The notes: a model not told the origin generated them from the sequence alone. Numbered from the whole stretch's first letter, positions 9,864 through 22,679 are shown. The stretch is DNA of 63,036 nt, filler included, from Phoronis australis (GCA_002633005.1; 6 parts of 6 records of this genome joined end to end with filler, not necessarily neighbours in it); one strand, 5' to 3'. Program-made: numbers and translations.

Positions 9864-12800
9864 ACCAACAAAGGAAATCAACATAAAAAATATGGCGCAA
9901 TTTCAACATCAATGTCGCATATCACATCTGACGCAGCCAAGTCAAGTTATTTTTTGAAATTCATCCTGGTACGGGAATTGGGGATAGTTAGGCCTATAAA
10001 AGATCTTTAACCCAGCCGCAGAGCGTCTAAAGCCGCGCACCGTACCAGTGACTGCGGGCAACTCATCGGGACTCAACTTTAACATCCTTCGCCACAGAGA
10101 TAACAACTCTTGGGCTGTCTCCGGTGAGTCCATTCTTTGTTGAATTATGTTTAGATAAATTCTCACAGTAAACTCAACGCAGAACCAAATTTGGGCGCGA
10201 AATTCTTGCCTTCCAAAACGTGACTTCCGGAGTAGAGGACGAGTAATTAATTAAACTACGAAAAGCTGTAATTTAGTGAAAAATGTGTCTGGGATTATCA
10301 ACGAAACTTGTTTTTGCTCAAAATGACATGAAAAAAGGTTGCGTTTGCCTTTAACCACAACTGGAGCAGCTGATTGGCTGCCGGGACAGTAAACAATTAA
10401 GTAGTTTTCTCAAAGAACGTCACCAATTAGAAACATCGCCGACGTTAGGCATCAATGTCGATTGATGATGCAATTACTAAGCAAAACGATCGTGTCAGGT
10501 AAAGCATCCTTCGAACTGAACAGCGGTGTAGATCTCGGATTGGGTGCTATCGATTCACTCACAACCCACGACGAACCAATTTTCGAAGTATTTGCACCCA
10601 TGCAAAATGCCATACAACAGCTACGCTTCGTACTAAATCTGACAACGGCAAACTTACCAAACTCTGTGGTGAGATGTCCCGATTATACACTAACAATATT
10701 CCGACAATAAGTCACCGCGACACTGGTCGGTACCATTTTATACGATCGTGACTCAGAAATGTCGTCAATTAATGGTGTGTGTGTGAATGTACGTCTCGTT
10801 TTTATCGCAAAAAATATACGTGAAGATGACAACCCTTGGCTGTTGCTTGTCAAACGACGGTCGCAACTTGTCTTGCATCAGAATAATTATAAGTCGGCAA
10901 GAAATTCTCAAGCCCTCGTTTCTGGGACAGCATGCGCGACAGTATGAGTCATCTGTCACTCACATGTTACGGTCAATGTATCGCATACTCCAGTGGTGGG
11001 AACTTAGAGACGCACACCTCTCATGTCGCACATCAAAAGAGAACGCCGGCAGTACTAAATAAAATATTGCACCGGCGTGACTCAATTAAGCGCCTGGGTG
11101 TTGCATATACTCGAATGCATGTGACTATTAGATACCGCTGATTCAACTTTAGCCTTGTGACACATTCTATGAAATCAACATCGCGAAAGGGTGTACTTAC
11201 AAACCCCGCATGTGAATGTCGGGCAGTACGGCTTTGGGTACACTTTGGAGGCACGCACTGAAAGCGTGCAGTCAGCATGTCGATGGGTTGTGCTATGACG
11301 GGGACGGCGTATTTCCCTAATTTCAAGGCATAAAATGCCTTGTGCAATTGGTCTTTCACATCGAACGATAGTTTAAATATGACAACCTATTCGTAGCGCT
11401 AACATTTTCTGTCCAGATGTAGAAGCCAGCCAATTCAAAATTTAATCTTGTGTCTCAGCAAGTTCCATTTATATAAGCAACGTCTCAAGGGTAAACCTCC
11501 AAATTTAATTGTATTAACAAAAGAAATTAACAGCTATTACTCCAGTGAAAAAATTTACAAATGGAAAAATTTACAAACAGATGGTCACAAATGCATAATT
11601 TGATAGCAATGTAAGGATATTTTATCATTCCAAAATACTCTCCCCTCCCTTTTTTCAGAGCCATATACTACCATACTGTCTTGTATGTTTTTGTTTTCTT
11701 TTGTTAAATGTATTTCAAAATCCGGTTCACGTATACTTTTAACTTAGTAAACTTTATTTTCATTGAATTGTAAAGTAAGGCACGGGAACCCCAGACCTTT
11801 GTCCTTACTTATGTTGAACTGGGAGAATAAAAAAAAAAAAAAAATTTTCTGTCCTTTTTATTCAATGATATTTAGTTCCCACCTCAATCGGTTAGACTTT
11901 CCCGCAGGTCTCAGAAATCTGCGTGCAGCTAGCTGCATCGGCTAGGACTAAGTTTCGTATGCCTTGTGTAAATTGCCTTTGCCCTCAAATGAAGAATATT
12001 AGAAATACAAATTACGAATTTTGTCGTGTCAAGGCGGCGTCATAATTGTTGTGTTTGTTTTGTCTGTCGTTTTTTTGTTTGCTATTTTGCCCGTACTTCA
12101 ATAGCTTAGACTTTCTCGACGGCCTGTTGTTTGTGTCGATCTCAGTCATTTAAAATGCAAATTGACAAGTTGACCTATACTGTCGTTTTAGAATCTAATC
12201 CAATGCATACTATTTGGGTGGCAAGTAAAACAGGGTGACTTCCGACACAATTTCAACTAAAATTTGAATGTGCTGATGTCGCAGCGTATGCTCATAAAAT
12301 TATATTTTTCTTCATAGAAATCATGGTGAAACCAAAAAAGAAACCTGGTGGAAATATCTAAAAATGTATTTGGAATTTCACGGGACATATTTTGCGACAT
12401 AATTTCCCCAATTTGACCGCAAGAACTAATGTCGGATTAATTTGAATTCAGCCGTATTAGCAAATTCGTTGACTAATTATACATATTACTCACCAACGAC
12501 AAACATCACCTCCGAGACGGTCAGTAGCATGTTCCGTGACAATTAGCCGGTTTCCCCCCTTATGTTTCAGTTTACTCGGATTCCGGCGCTAATCCATCCA
12601 AACGTTGTTTCTACATTTTCTTCATCTTCCATTTCGCCGTACATTTCATTGACCTCTTCCGCTGTAACGTCCATCCACGGCAAGGTCTTATGCTTTTCTG
12701 ACCCAAGTGCGAAAAGGCTCGGGTCATTCTTTTTTGTCATGCTGTGCATGAGCCTTTTGCTTCGTAAGATGTGTAACGCCGACGTACTCCCCGACATAAT

Positions 12801-13965
12801 CCCGTAATTATCACGGAGCGACTATAAACAGATTTGTTCTCTGGTACACACATTCCGCCAGGATGTTGCCGTGGGTCCGATGAATCTCCATTCATTGCCA
12901 ACCTGTCCCCCAATGCACAGAGGAACCCTGTGCTTTAATTGGTTCGTTAGACCCCGACGTCTTTGTGAATAAGCATTTGATGTTGGACTAAGAAAGTGGT
13001 TCCCACCGAGAACGCGCTACTGACTTCGGCGACGCTAGACTATCGAGGCACAGTGACTTGTAGGATATTACATAGACGTGGAAGTGTCGAGATAAGTGTC
13101 GTATATTATTTGAACATTGTTGTCTCTAACGGATGTAATTCTACAAATCTGTGACTTGAAGTATTCACTAGTCACTGTAAGGTAAGTTTCCTGTGACAAC
13201 AGACTCTTCAGTCCGTCTTGGGTCACAATGATGATGTCATTTGCGTCGATTAGAACGAGCGCCACCAAAGTTTCTTTTCGGCGCTAAAGGGGGTTCCTGA
13301 TGGGGTCAAACGATAGTAATTGGCGTAATTAGCTAATGTCAGGAGTAAAGGAAGGGGTGATATGTTTGTGTCGATCAATGATACATATATTTAACAATTG
13401 TTCAAAAGTCATTTGGCCGTTAATAGGGTCTTTAAGTCCTGTTATTCTATGCATTTTTTATTGTCTTGTAATTGTTTATGACCAGTTCTCAATGCTAGTG
13501 ACTTTTAAACATCTAGACCTAGAAATTTCAAATTTCAGTTAATAATTTGGAAAAAAAAATGTTTTTATTGCATTTTTACCACCCATGTTTTAAAGTGACT
13601 TCTGGAAACCAAGCTAGAATTTTGTAATGTTAGTTGAACATCTGTGGCTATGAGCATGTCCCTTTAGGGTATCACCTTTCTAACAATATTACAAGGTACT
13701 ATGCATTGCTCAAACAAACAAAAGGTGAGTCTAAAACAGCAAATTTTAAAGATTTGACTACGTAATTTTGGAACAACAGTCCGTGAATTTTCAACTGATG
13801 TAGACATAAGCACGTATCCCAATGAGAGATTTTTGTTGGGGAGGTCCTCATTTTTTGTGAGTGCACTAACAAACTTTGTCCTCAGTATCTTATGATGGTC
13901 CATTGTTTCTGACAAATGGTTACAACAACAGAGTATTACTAATACATGCACTTTCTGAGAGTAAT

Positions 13966-14044
13966 CACACACACACACACANNNNNNNNNNNNNNNNNNN
14001 NNNNNNNNNNNNNNNNNNNNNNNNNNNNNNNNNNNNNNNNNNNA

Positions 14045-14126
<82 letters not shown>
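13966..14126. repeat. (CA)n microsatellite spanning an N gap
   Basis: Directly visible; N run 13982-14043. Confidence 0.98.
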
Positions 14127-14128
<2 letters not shown>

Positions 14129-15510
14129 GTTACGACATAAACAAAAAGGTTCGAGTGTAAAGTTCTCCTATTTATTAAAAGATGATGAAACATGTTTTCT
14201 TAATCCAGTTCATTTCTCGACATTGGGTTTACTTAAGTAAGACAAATTATGCTTTCTGTGATGCAGAATAATATGTAACAAGCCAGAAAATGAGACATCT
14301 TACATTTCTTGTACTGAGAGATATTAAATGTGCATAGATTTTTCTCATTCAATGAAGGACTATAACTTGAATTTTGTTCTGGATAACAGTTCTGATGACA
14401 CCGTAGGCAGTTGGGTTGTTTGTTGACTCTCCCAGCTTCCAGTCATCAATCATTGCGATTATTATTATGATACAGTTTTGCCTGTGTTAAGGCCTATTAA
14501 TTCACAACCTATACCCACAAACTTTCTATATTGATCCTAAGAATAAACACCTCAATATCAAGAAATGCAGATTCGTGGGTTAGCTTACTCTTGGAGGTAA
14601 TTGGAAAGTGACATTATCTTTTGTGAAGTTGATCTTATTAGCTTTTCTTGATTTATTTTTTAAAGTGACTTTTAACCAATTTCCATTTGGTACTCGTCAA
14701 ATTGGATTAAAATTTTCATCAGTCATAATAGGTGGACTTCCTAAGGCTGAAAGAACTGACAATTCGTAATTGTGAGACCAGGCTGTACAAGTTTACCTGT
14801 GGTGCCATGTCATTTTGTTCGCTGAGCATGATGGCAAGGAATAGCGAACCATTAGTTCGTTGCAAGAACAAAAATCATTTCTCATCTGAATAAGTAACGA
14901 GTTGGTCTAAATCAAAATTAATTTTCAGCGTTGAAATTAGGGTTCATTTGCCGCTTATTTATGGCATGAAAATGATATGGAAGAAAAAATCATTAGGTTG
15001 ATCTGTGTATGAAAACTTTTTGTTCTTGGTGCAGTTTTGTAACAACAGTTGAAAATAGATTTCAATTACACGTTAAGTAATATGATATGTCATTCCAATT
15101 TAATTATGAAAAATGGATAAACTATAGTGCAATTACCTTGTGCCGCTTCATGTGAAAGCACGATTTCTCTCAGTCCATCAATGTTATCCTCCAAGTGGTT
15201 GATTGTGGTGTTATGCAATGAGACTTTCTTATCCTGCAATCAGTTATTTAACCCATTTGTTTGTAACTGTTTTGATTATCGCAACAGTGCTAAATACAAA
15301 ATTGCTTAACTCATTCATTCTCAATGAATCGCGACAAATGCTGAAGCCAATGTTCAGCTCACCACAGATGATGTCGGAAGTCATGAAACAATGTCAGAAG
15401 ACCTTTAAAATAAAGAATAATATGTCTAACGTGGGTGTTGTGTCTTATGACCGGCTACAGTTTACAGCCTAGGGTTCCATAAAATTGCGTGAAGCTGAAA
15501 AAACGACAAA

Positions 15511-17699
15511 GTAGAAAAAGGCTCTGTTATAATAACTTGTCCAATCGAAATGAATAATTGTGTTTTGGAAACTCAGCGGGACATATTTAAAGAGAAAGTC
15601 AACGTTTTTTATCAACAAAAAATAAATTTTAATTACCACCATGTTTAATGAGTGAAGCCAAATCTCAAATCATTTACGAGACCTCATTGGCGTGTTTCTT
15701 GAAAAAAAAAAACTTTCAAGAGATATTTTAGTGAATTCGCGATCAATAATTTGTAATTCACAAAAAACGGCGATGACATTATTTTTTAAAACCTTTGCCT
15801 TATCTGAAATTGGCTGTGTGGCACTGCTTTTCAAGAAGCGCAGTGGAATTTTTTTGGAATACTTTACGAGACGTGCATAAATTCAACAATAGTGCGTTGA
15901 TTAAAATGAAGATGTGGAAACTAAAAGAACTCTACAAAGCTATGGTGATGTCCGAAATCATTGCACAGTTTTGAAAGTTTTTGGCGAACATTTATGAAAA
16001 AAATTGGCATTTGAAATCGGTTGCTTATCATTTACGAGCCTTCATTTACGGGACGACAATTTTATATTTAGGTCAAGTCCAATTAATTTCACCTACTATT
16101 GGCATGTGTGACATGAATATAGGTCAATTTTTCAAGAACGAGCACGTGCGCTTCAGCTGACATCGATACTGTCTGAAAATATTCGCTAAGGAAGTCAACA
16201 GAACTTTTGGGTAAGTTTTCAGTAATGTCACTTTTATAATTCACATGTTTTAGGGTCGTTATTAACGTACTAGAAGAAGTGACGAAATGCTTCCTGTGAA
16301 ACATACTTTGATTTGAATTTGCTTGACGTTGGTCTTGATAAGTTCTCGTAAAAAATTGTCACGTAAATGATATCCAGTGTCCCGTAAGTGATTTGTTCTA
16401 TTTTCACTCAAATTCATTTCGTTTTTAAGTAGTTATTAAATTATTATCTGTGACGATACATAACTTAATGCAGCTGACCTTGCAAAAATAATAATGACAT
16501 CTTTTATTTTATTTAATACCTATTAATTAGAGTTTGTCACTTTGGTTTGCGTTGCGGAATGCCAAAATCCAAGTCTCAGCGGATGAAGGAATACTCTAGA
16601 GAGCCCGTAAAAAGGCACATCTCGGTGACGAATGGCTTAGAAGAGAAAGTGAATGAGTTACGGGTATTTCGTACCAGTGTCAGAACTGACAGAAGTACAA
16701 AAAGTAGGAAGACACCAACAGAGTGTTAGCTGAGACCAAAAAAGTCAATATATAAGTGAAGCAAGGCAATTTTGTTTCTAAATATGAAGGTTGCCGATAT
16801 CTCGGACAAGTCGTGGACACAGATGATGTTGACTTGCCTTTGAAGGTCAAGTTCTTGCAGCCGTCCAGTAAAATGAGTGGATTGTTTATGTGGCCGGCCG
16901 AAGGAAACAAGATTTGGCTACGGAAAGATGACATCCTGAATCTCGTCATGGACCTCGCACCTACTGGGAAAGCTGCAGAGCGTTCAAGGCATCAGATGAA
17001 TTGCTGGACTACCTTGATTTTTCCTAATGATGTTTTAAAGCCCAGTTAAAATTGCCGTTAAAAGGTTTTTAACCTTAACAGTCTTTAGCCCAATTGTCAA
17101 CGCTTAAGTTGTCATTTATGGGACGTAACATGTGACGTGTTAGATGTCAGGCACAATTGTATAGCAAATGTTGTAAAAATGTTGAATGCAAACTTTTAGA
17201 TCTACCTGTAGATGTACATGTGAGTTGTGTTACAAATGTCTCCACATGCATCACAGACGGTTGAATTATAATCTGTTGTCATTTTTATTACGTAATCAGT
17301 TACATCAACTCATACAAGTGACAACAAATAGCCTTCAATACGTATACTATTCGTCATTATTTCATACCAGTTTTCCTGAAGTGTAGGTGGTCAGAAATAA
17401 TTTCCACCGACACAATATCACTTAGGGGACATGTTGTGTCATTTATGAGACGTCTTTAAATTCACTTAAGGATTTTTTAGTCATCACATTACTGGATATT
17501 GGATACCAGTTTTTGAATGGTTGATAGTCGCTAATGAAAATTAAGACAAGTGCAAATACCACGGCACCTGTTTTTATAAAACACAGTTATAAACAAATGA
17601 CGTGTTTTAAAAAAGTAAAAATTTAGTTCAAAAGTTAAATTTTTATATGTCCACGAAAAATACACAAGAAAGTAGAAAATACTAAGAGCCGTTTTCCTC
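15511..17699 (+). mobile_element. Internally deleted Sola2-like DNA transposon (boundaries tentative)
   Basis: MPKSKSQRMKEY at 16559 is joined closely to a C-terminal block GNFV.KYEGCRYLGQV...VKFLQP...FMWP...IW...DIL (16756-17049). Recurrent (c)atttacgggac-like motifs. Right end reads GAGGAAAACGGCTC on the minus strand, with a degenerate left match at 15511. No TSD found. Confidence 0.5.
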
Positions 17700-18451
17700 A
17701 ATTTTAACAAGCATGCTGATTAATAAAATTGCACAATGATATTGTTCGTTGTCAATGATAACAAACTACACCGAAAATTAACCCAACGAACGCGTTTTTA
17801 TGTTTTCAAATAAATTATCCAGTTGCTCTAATAAAACAACAAACTCTATAACTGCACTTGCTGAGCTGAGGAAATTGTTCAAAACTTATCATTCATACGT
17901 TAAACTAAGAAAAAATAATACTTTAGCCCCAGATGAAGATACTTGAAAATCGAGTGTCTCAGGTGTCGAATTGTCGCAATCCATTGAGAATGGCTCACTA
18001 CCTAATAAGTGTATGTGTAGCATAGCTAAGATCACACAGATGCATAAAACAAATGTTTTGTCTGATGGTAGGGTTTTCCTCATGCATGAGTGTTTAAACA
18101 TTACATACAGAAACATATAGGTTATCCCTGATAGGAATTTATATAGATTATTACATGGGGAAGACAACAGCACCCGTAATGTAGAGCCAAGAGGAGTTTG
18201 GAGAATTATCTGCATAATCCAGAGGGTTCTAAGATAAGGGGGATGACTACTGAGAACATAATGTAATCATCACATACTGAAAGTTAAACATTGCAGTAAT
18301 TCGATCTACCTTTCTCAAGTCGCCTCAGCTTTGTCACTACTTTCAATGTCGGAGACCCAGGATTGGAGGTCGCGACATTTTAAGAAATGCCTAGTTGTTC
18401 TTGTTAAAATAATGTTTTTACTCAAAACCAATTGAAAAAATAAACACAACA

Positions 18452-19012
18452 GAAACGAGAGCGCTCGGAGGAGCGACACTTGGCGGAATTAATCCAAAAG
18501 ACGACGAACACGATATCATTCATGTGACTAGCGAAGAAATCAAGTTGAGAGCATACAATAAACTACAATAAAGAAAGAAAGCCCGTTCAAAACTCTATCT
18601 AAAGTGGTAGTTTAGCAAACACGATAACATTCATGTGACTAGCGAAGAAATCAAATAGAGAGCATACAATCAACTACAATAAAGAACAATAGATGGCGCA
18701 ACATGACGGTCCAGTCTGCAGTAGGACAGTGCTGGCTGGGTCAGTCTGGGTCAACTAGGCATAACCAAAACAAAGTGAGCTGAAAGCCAGCCAGCTGCGT
18801 GTGACCGAAGGAACAACGGTATCCGAAAATCTCGTATAATTCAAAAAGTAGACATCGTAGCGCAAAATGGAAAATATCTCCTGAAAGCCCGTCCAAATCT
18901 CTATGTAAAGTGGTAGTTTGGCAAAACTCCAAAAAATTTTTGAGAAAATTGAAAATTTGACGTTTTTTTGAAATTCAAAGTCAAATAACTTGAAAACAGT
19001 AAGTCTGAGAAA
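18452..19012 (+). mobile_element. HINE-like family 2, copy 1
   Basis: Terminal hairpin cgctc-ggag-gagcg. Core aaagtagac..ctgaaagcccgt..gaaattcaaagtcaaataact..gtaagtctgagaaa is shared with 50360-51328 and, inverted, 22680-23290. Confidence 0.65.
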
Positions 19013-19028
19013 TACGCTCTTGCACACT

Positions 19029-19713
19029 GGTTAGACAACTGTGGTTCTCAGCGTTAAACACATTTTCCATGGGCTTTGCAATAATTCTCCTAAAGATGCT
19101 TAAAATGGACCGGATAAGGTCAATTAGTGCAAAGGTCATGTAACGTTCAAAATGTTCTATCTCTTACGTTTTTCAAGGAATTCTTTTCAATTTCAGCACA
19201 CTGGTGTAAGTCAACATGCCAATTGAAAACCCTATTTTACATCGCAATAGGCCTAACCAATCGGAAAAAGGTCAAAGGTGCAAACTAAAATTTTGAGCTA
19301 GAGAGTTCAGAATTACGTATCTGTTTACTTAGTGTGATTGAGTTTGAATTCTAAATTTTCAGGTCATTTGGTGAACCCATGGGGTCATTAGGTGCACTTT
19401 TCTTCTGAAAGTTTGACCACTTCATTCATCTTGTATTCTGAAGTGCTTAAAGTAAAACATCTGTGATTATTAGCATTAACCACACTTTTATTCGAGTTAA
19501 CAATTACTCCCTCATCGTGGCTCATAATGCACTGGAAGAGGTCAATTAGTGGAAAGGTAATCAAAAAATTAATAAGTAATTTCTCCTACAATTTTAAAGA
19601 ATTCCTTTTCATATTGGTAAACGGGTTGCTGTCAGTAACGTCCCATAATAATTCCAGTAATACGCACGCGCAGAGTCCGTTATTGTCAAGCCATGACAAT
19701 AATCTTTTTAGTT
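19029..19713 (+). mobile_element. HINE-like family 3, 5'-truncated copy
   Basis: Colinear with 20317-20988. Ends in subTIR gcgcagagt, hairpin ttattgtca-agcca-tgacaataa, then tagtt. Confidence 0.75.
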
Positions 19714-20988
19714 ACTCTGCGCGTGTAAGCGCACAGTGCTTTTGTTCCTGGGTTTTCTTCAATTTTATTACTCTGCGCGTGTAAGCGCAGAGTACTGTTG
19801 TTCCTGGGTTTTCTTCAATTTTATTCTTATTCTTCTTATTCTTCTTCCGACCAACTTTGAGGCTTAATAACTCCAAATTGGGTGCAGGTACGGTCTTTAA
19901 ATTCAGCATATGACTTTTGACAGTATATAAATTTGATTGTTTATATAATCATATTCCATATTGCACCGGAAGAGGTCGTTTGGTGCAAAGGTAATAATTT
20001 TCAAAATGGTACTCCTCCTTCAGTTTTAAAGCTATCTTTTTCAAATTCGGTGCACAGGTATAAGTCAACATGACAATTTAAAAAATTACTTTTCTAAGTA
20101 ATCGGGTCAGCCGAACAGGTGAAATAGGTCAAAGGTCATTAGGTGCAAACTGAAATTTTGAGCTAGACACTTCAAATTGACAGGTCTGATTGCCACAAGT
20201 AAATCAAATAGAAATCCAAAGTTTCAGGTCATTTAGTGCAAACATGGGGTCATTAGGTCCATTTTTCTTCTGAAAATTTGACCTTTTCAATCAGCAAGTA
20301 TTCTGATGTGTCAATCGTTAGACAACTGTGATTCTCAGTGTTAAACACATTTTCCATGGGCTTTGCAATAATTCTAAAGGTGCTTAAAATGCACTGGATA
20401 GGGTCAATTGGTGCAAAGGTCATGTAACGTTCAAAACGTTTTTCGAGGAATTCTTTTCGCTTTCAGTACACTTCTGTAAGTCAACATGCCAATTGAACAA
20501 CCTACTTAGCTACGCAATAGGCCTAACAAATCAGAAAAAATAGGTCAAAGGTCATTGAGTGCAAAATTAAAATTTTGAACTAGAGACTTCAAAATTACAT
20601 ATCTGTTTACTAAATGCGATTGAGTTTGAATTTTACACTTTTGGGTCATTTGGTGCACCCATGGGGTCATTAGGTGCATTTTTCTTCTCAAAGCTTGTCC
20701 AATTCATTCATGTTGTATTCTTAAGTGCTTAAAGTAAAGCATCTGTGATTCTTAGCATCAACCACACTTTAAATTGGTTTTACAATTATTCCCTCATCTG
20801 GGTTCATAATGCACCGGAAGAGGTCAATTAGGGGAAAGGTCATCGAACATGTAATTTCTCCTACAATTTTAAAGAATTCCTTTTCATAATGGTAAATGGG
20901 TTGCTGTCAGTAACTTCCCATAACAATTCCTTTAATACGCACGTGCAGAGTCCATTTTTGTCACGCCGTGACAATAATCTTTCTAGTT
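19712..20988 (+). mobile_element. HINE-like family 3, complete copy with duplicated 56-bp head
   Basis: 5' hairpin actctgcgc-gtgtaa-gcgcagagt (19712 and 19768), (ttc/tta)n microsatellite, internal subrepeats, 3' subTIR gtgcagagt, hairpin ttgtcac..gtgacaa, CTAGTT end. Confidence 0.8.
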
Positions 20989-21082
20989 GAAGTTGTGTGT
21001 CTCATTTTTCACAGCATTTAGGGGTCGGTATAATGCCATTTGTTGAACATGCGATTATTTCGCGTCCTCATTTAAGCATTCT

Positions 21083-22292
21083 TTTTATGCGCCCACATAT
21101 TTATATGTGGTCGCATATTGCTGTCATCTCTGTTTGTCTGGGCGTCTGTCGTCCGGTGTCGGCAGCTGTATCTCGATCCTAAACCCCTCACAGGATCTTG
21201 ATGAGATATGGCAGATGTGTTCCTATGAAGTTGACAACGGACGGTGAACAATTTCAGACCTCTCCAGCTACCGTTGTGCTCCCTAGTGGCAATTATATTT
21301 TTTTACGCTTACCTCTGTATCTTCGGATGTCCTCGATGGATTTTCATAAAATTTGGCAGTTAGACATCTATTAGTGAGATGATGCCATCCTCCCATTTTC
21401 GGACGGATTCAGGGTACTTTGCGTCACCTAGTGGCCATTTTTACTGTTTTCGAGTCTGTTTTTTGGCGTCCACCGTTCTGTCAACCAAACCGCTCTAGGT
21501 ATGATTTTGAAAGTTGTCATATATGTTCTTCCTGTGGAGAGGGCGGCTAACGATGATTTTCCGATGACTTGGAATACTATGGCGCCTCCTAGTGGCAGTT
21601 TTGTTTGTTTTTGCGTCCATGGCTGTATCTTAATGCTCTACAGGATCTTTATTGAATTTTGCTGGTGTATTTATATAAAGTTGACTAAAGAGGATGACGA
21701 CTTTCGGACGGATCGGGCTACCGGTGTGCCCCCTAGTGGCAATTTTATTTTTTTACATTTACCTCTGTATCTTAAACGATCGTCAATGATTTTTCCTAAA
21801 ATTTGGCAGTTAGGCATCTATTAGTGAGGTGATGCTATCATCCGGTTTTCGGTAAAATTCGAGGCATTTTGCGCAACCTTGTGGCCATTTTTACTGTTTT
21901 CGAGTTTTGTTATTTGACATCTGTCTTTCTGTCAACCAAACCACTCTAAGGATGGTTGTGGAAATTGGCATTTATGGTCCTAATGGGAAGATGAAGTCTG
22001 ACGATGATTTCCGACGACTTTATTTACCTCTTTGTGGCAGTAATGTTTTTTTGCGCTTATAGCATCTTAGTGGCAATTTCATTTTTTTCTTTTTCCTCTG
22101 TTTTTTCAGAAGTTCCGTGACAGATTTTCATGAAATTTGGTAAATAGCTTTGATGACACAAGTTCTCAGATGGATTCAACATATTTTGTGCCACCTGGTT
22201 ACAAATTTTTATGTTCCAAATAAACACCCCTAGAAGCACAACACTAGCGGTGCATTCGTAGGCGCATTTCAACGCTCCGTGTTGCTCTTGTT
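21083..22292 (+). mobile_element. HINE-like family 1, complete copy
   Basis: T-run then 5' hairpin atgcgcccacatat-tt-atatgtggtcgcat, degenerate (gtc(t/c))n, internal subrepeats, 3' subTIR ggcgcat, small hairpin, gctcttgtt end. Confidence 0.8.
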
Positions 22293-22679
22293 TTAAGCTG
22301 CTGCAGTTAAATCGGCGGCTTGAAACCCTATTGAAGCAAGTTCAAATCTGGCCTCGGGTTCACACCAAAATGTTATTCAACAAGCATTGAATTAAGCTAA
22401 ATGGGTTATTTAACGGTTGTATTTGCCATGTCGGGCTGCTGCGATATCCTATGTCAAATTCTTTTTAATGTGGAATGTCCCAGCACGACCAACCTATTTA
22501 TCCAATAAAAATGAACTCATTTGCATTGCAGCGATATCTTGTCGCCATGTGCTGTAGCTTGTTATATTTATTTATTTGATATTTTTTATTGTAATATTTA
22601 CTGTGAGAACATTCCCATAAATTTTCACTGCAATGGCGCATGCACACCTCGATAACTGGCCGAAAACGTTTTTTCCTGT

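Larger units (their letters stand above)
7344..10350 (+). mobile_element. Kolobok-type DNA transposon, internally deleted, carrying a nested insert
   Basis: TTAA at 7340-7343 and 10351-10354. Termini AGGCGAAAGCAACC...GGTTGCGTTTGCCT. Imperfect TIRs of ~155 bp (7344-~7500 and ~10195-10350). THAP/transposase relic inside. Confidence 0.88.

Noticed and set aside
8509-9933. 8-bp inverted repeat cgtcagat/atctgacg bracketing the RLE-USP insert
   Set aside because: Too short, has no TSD and could be chance; the insert content is retroelement-like.
13876-14193. HT/VC-repeat ORFs
   Set aside because: Translations of the (CA)n microsatellite and an N gap.
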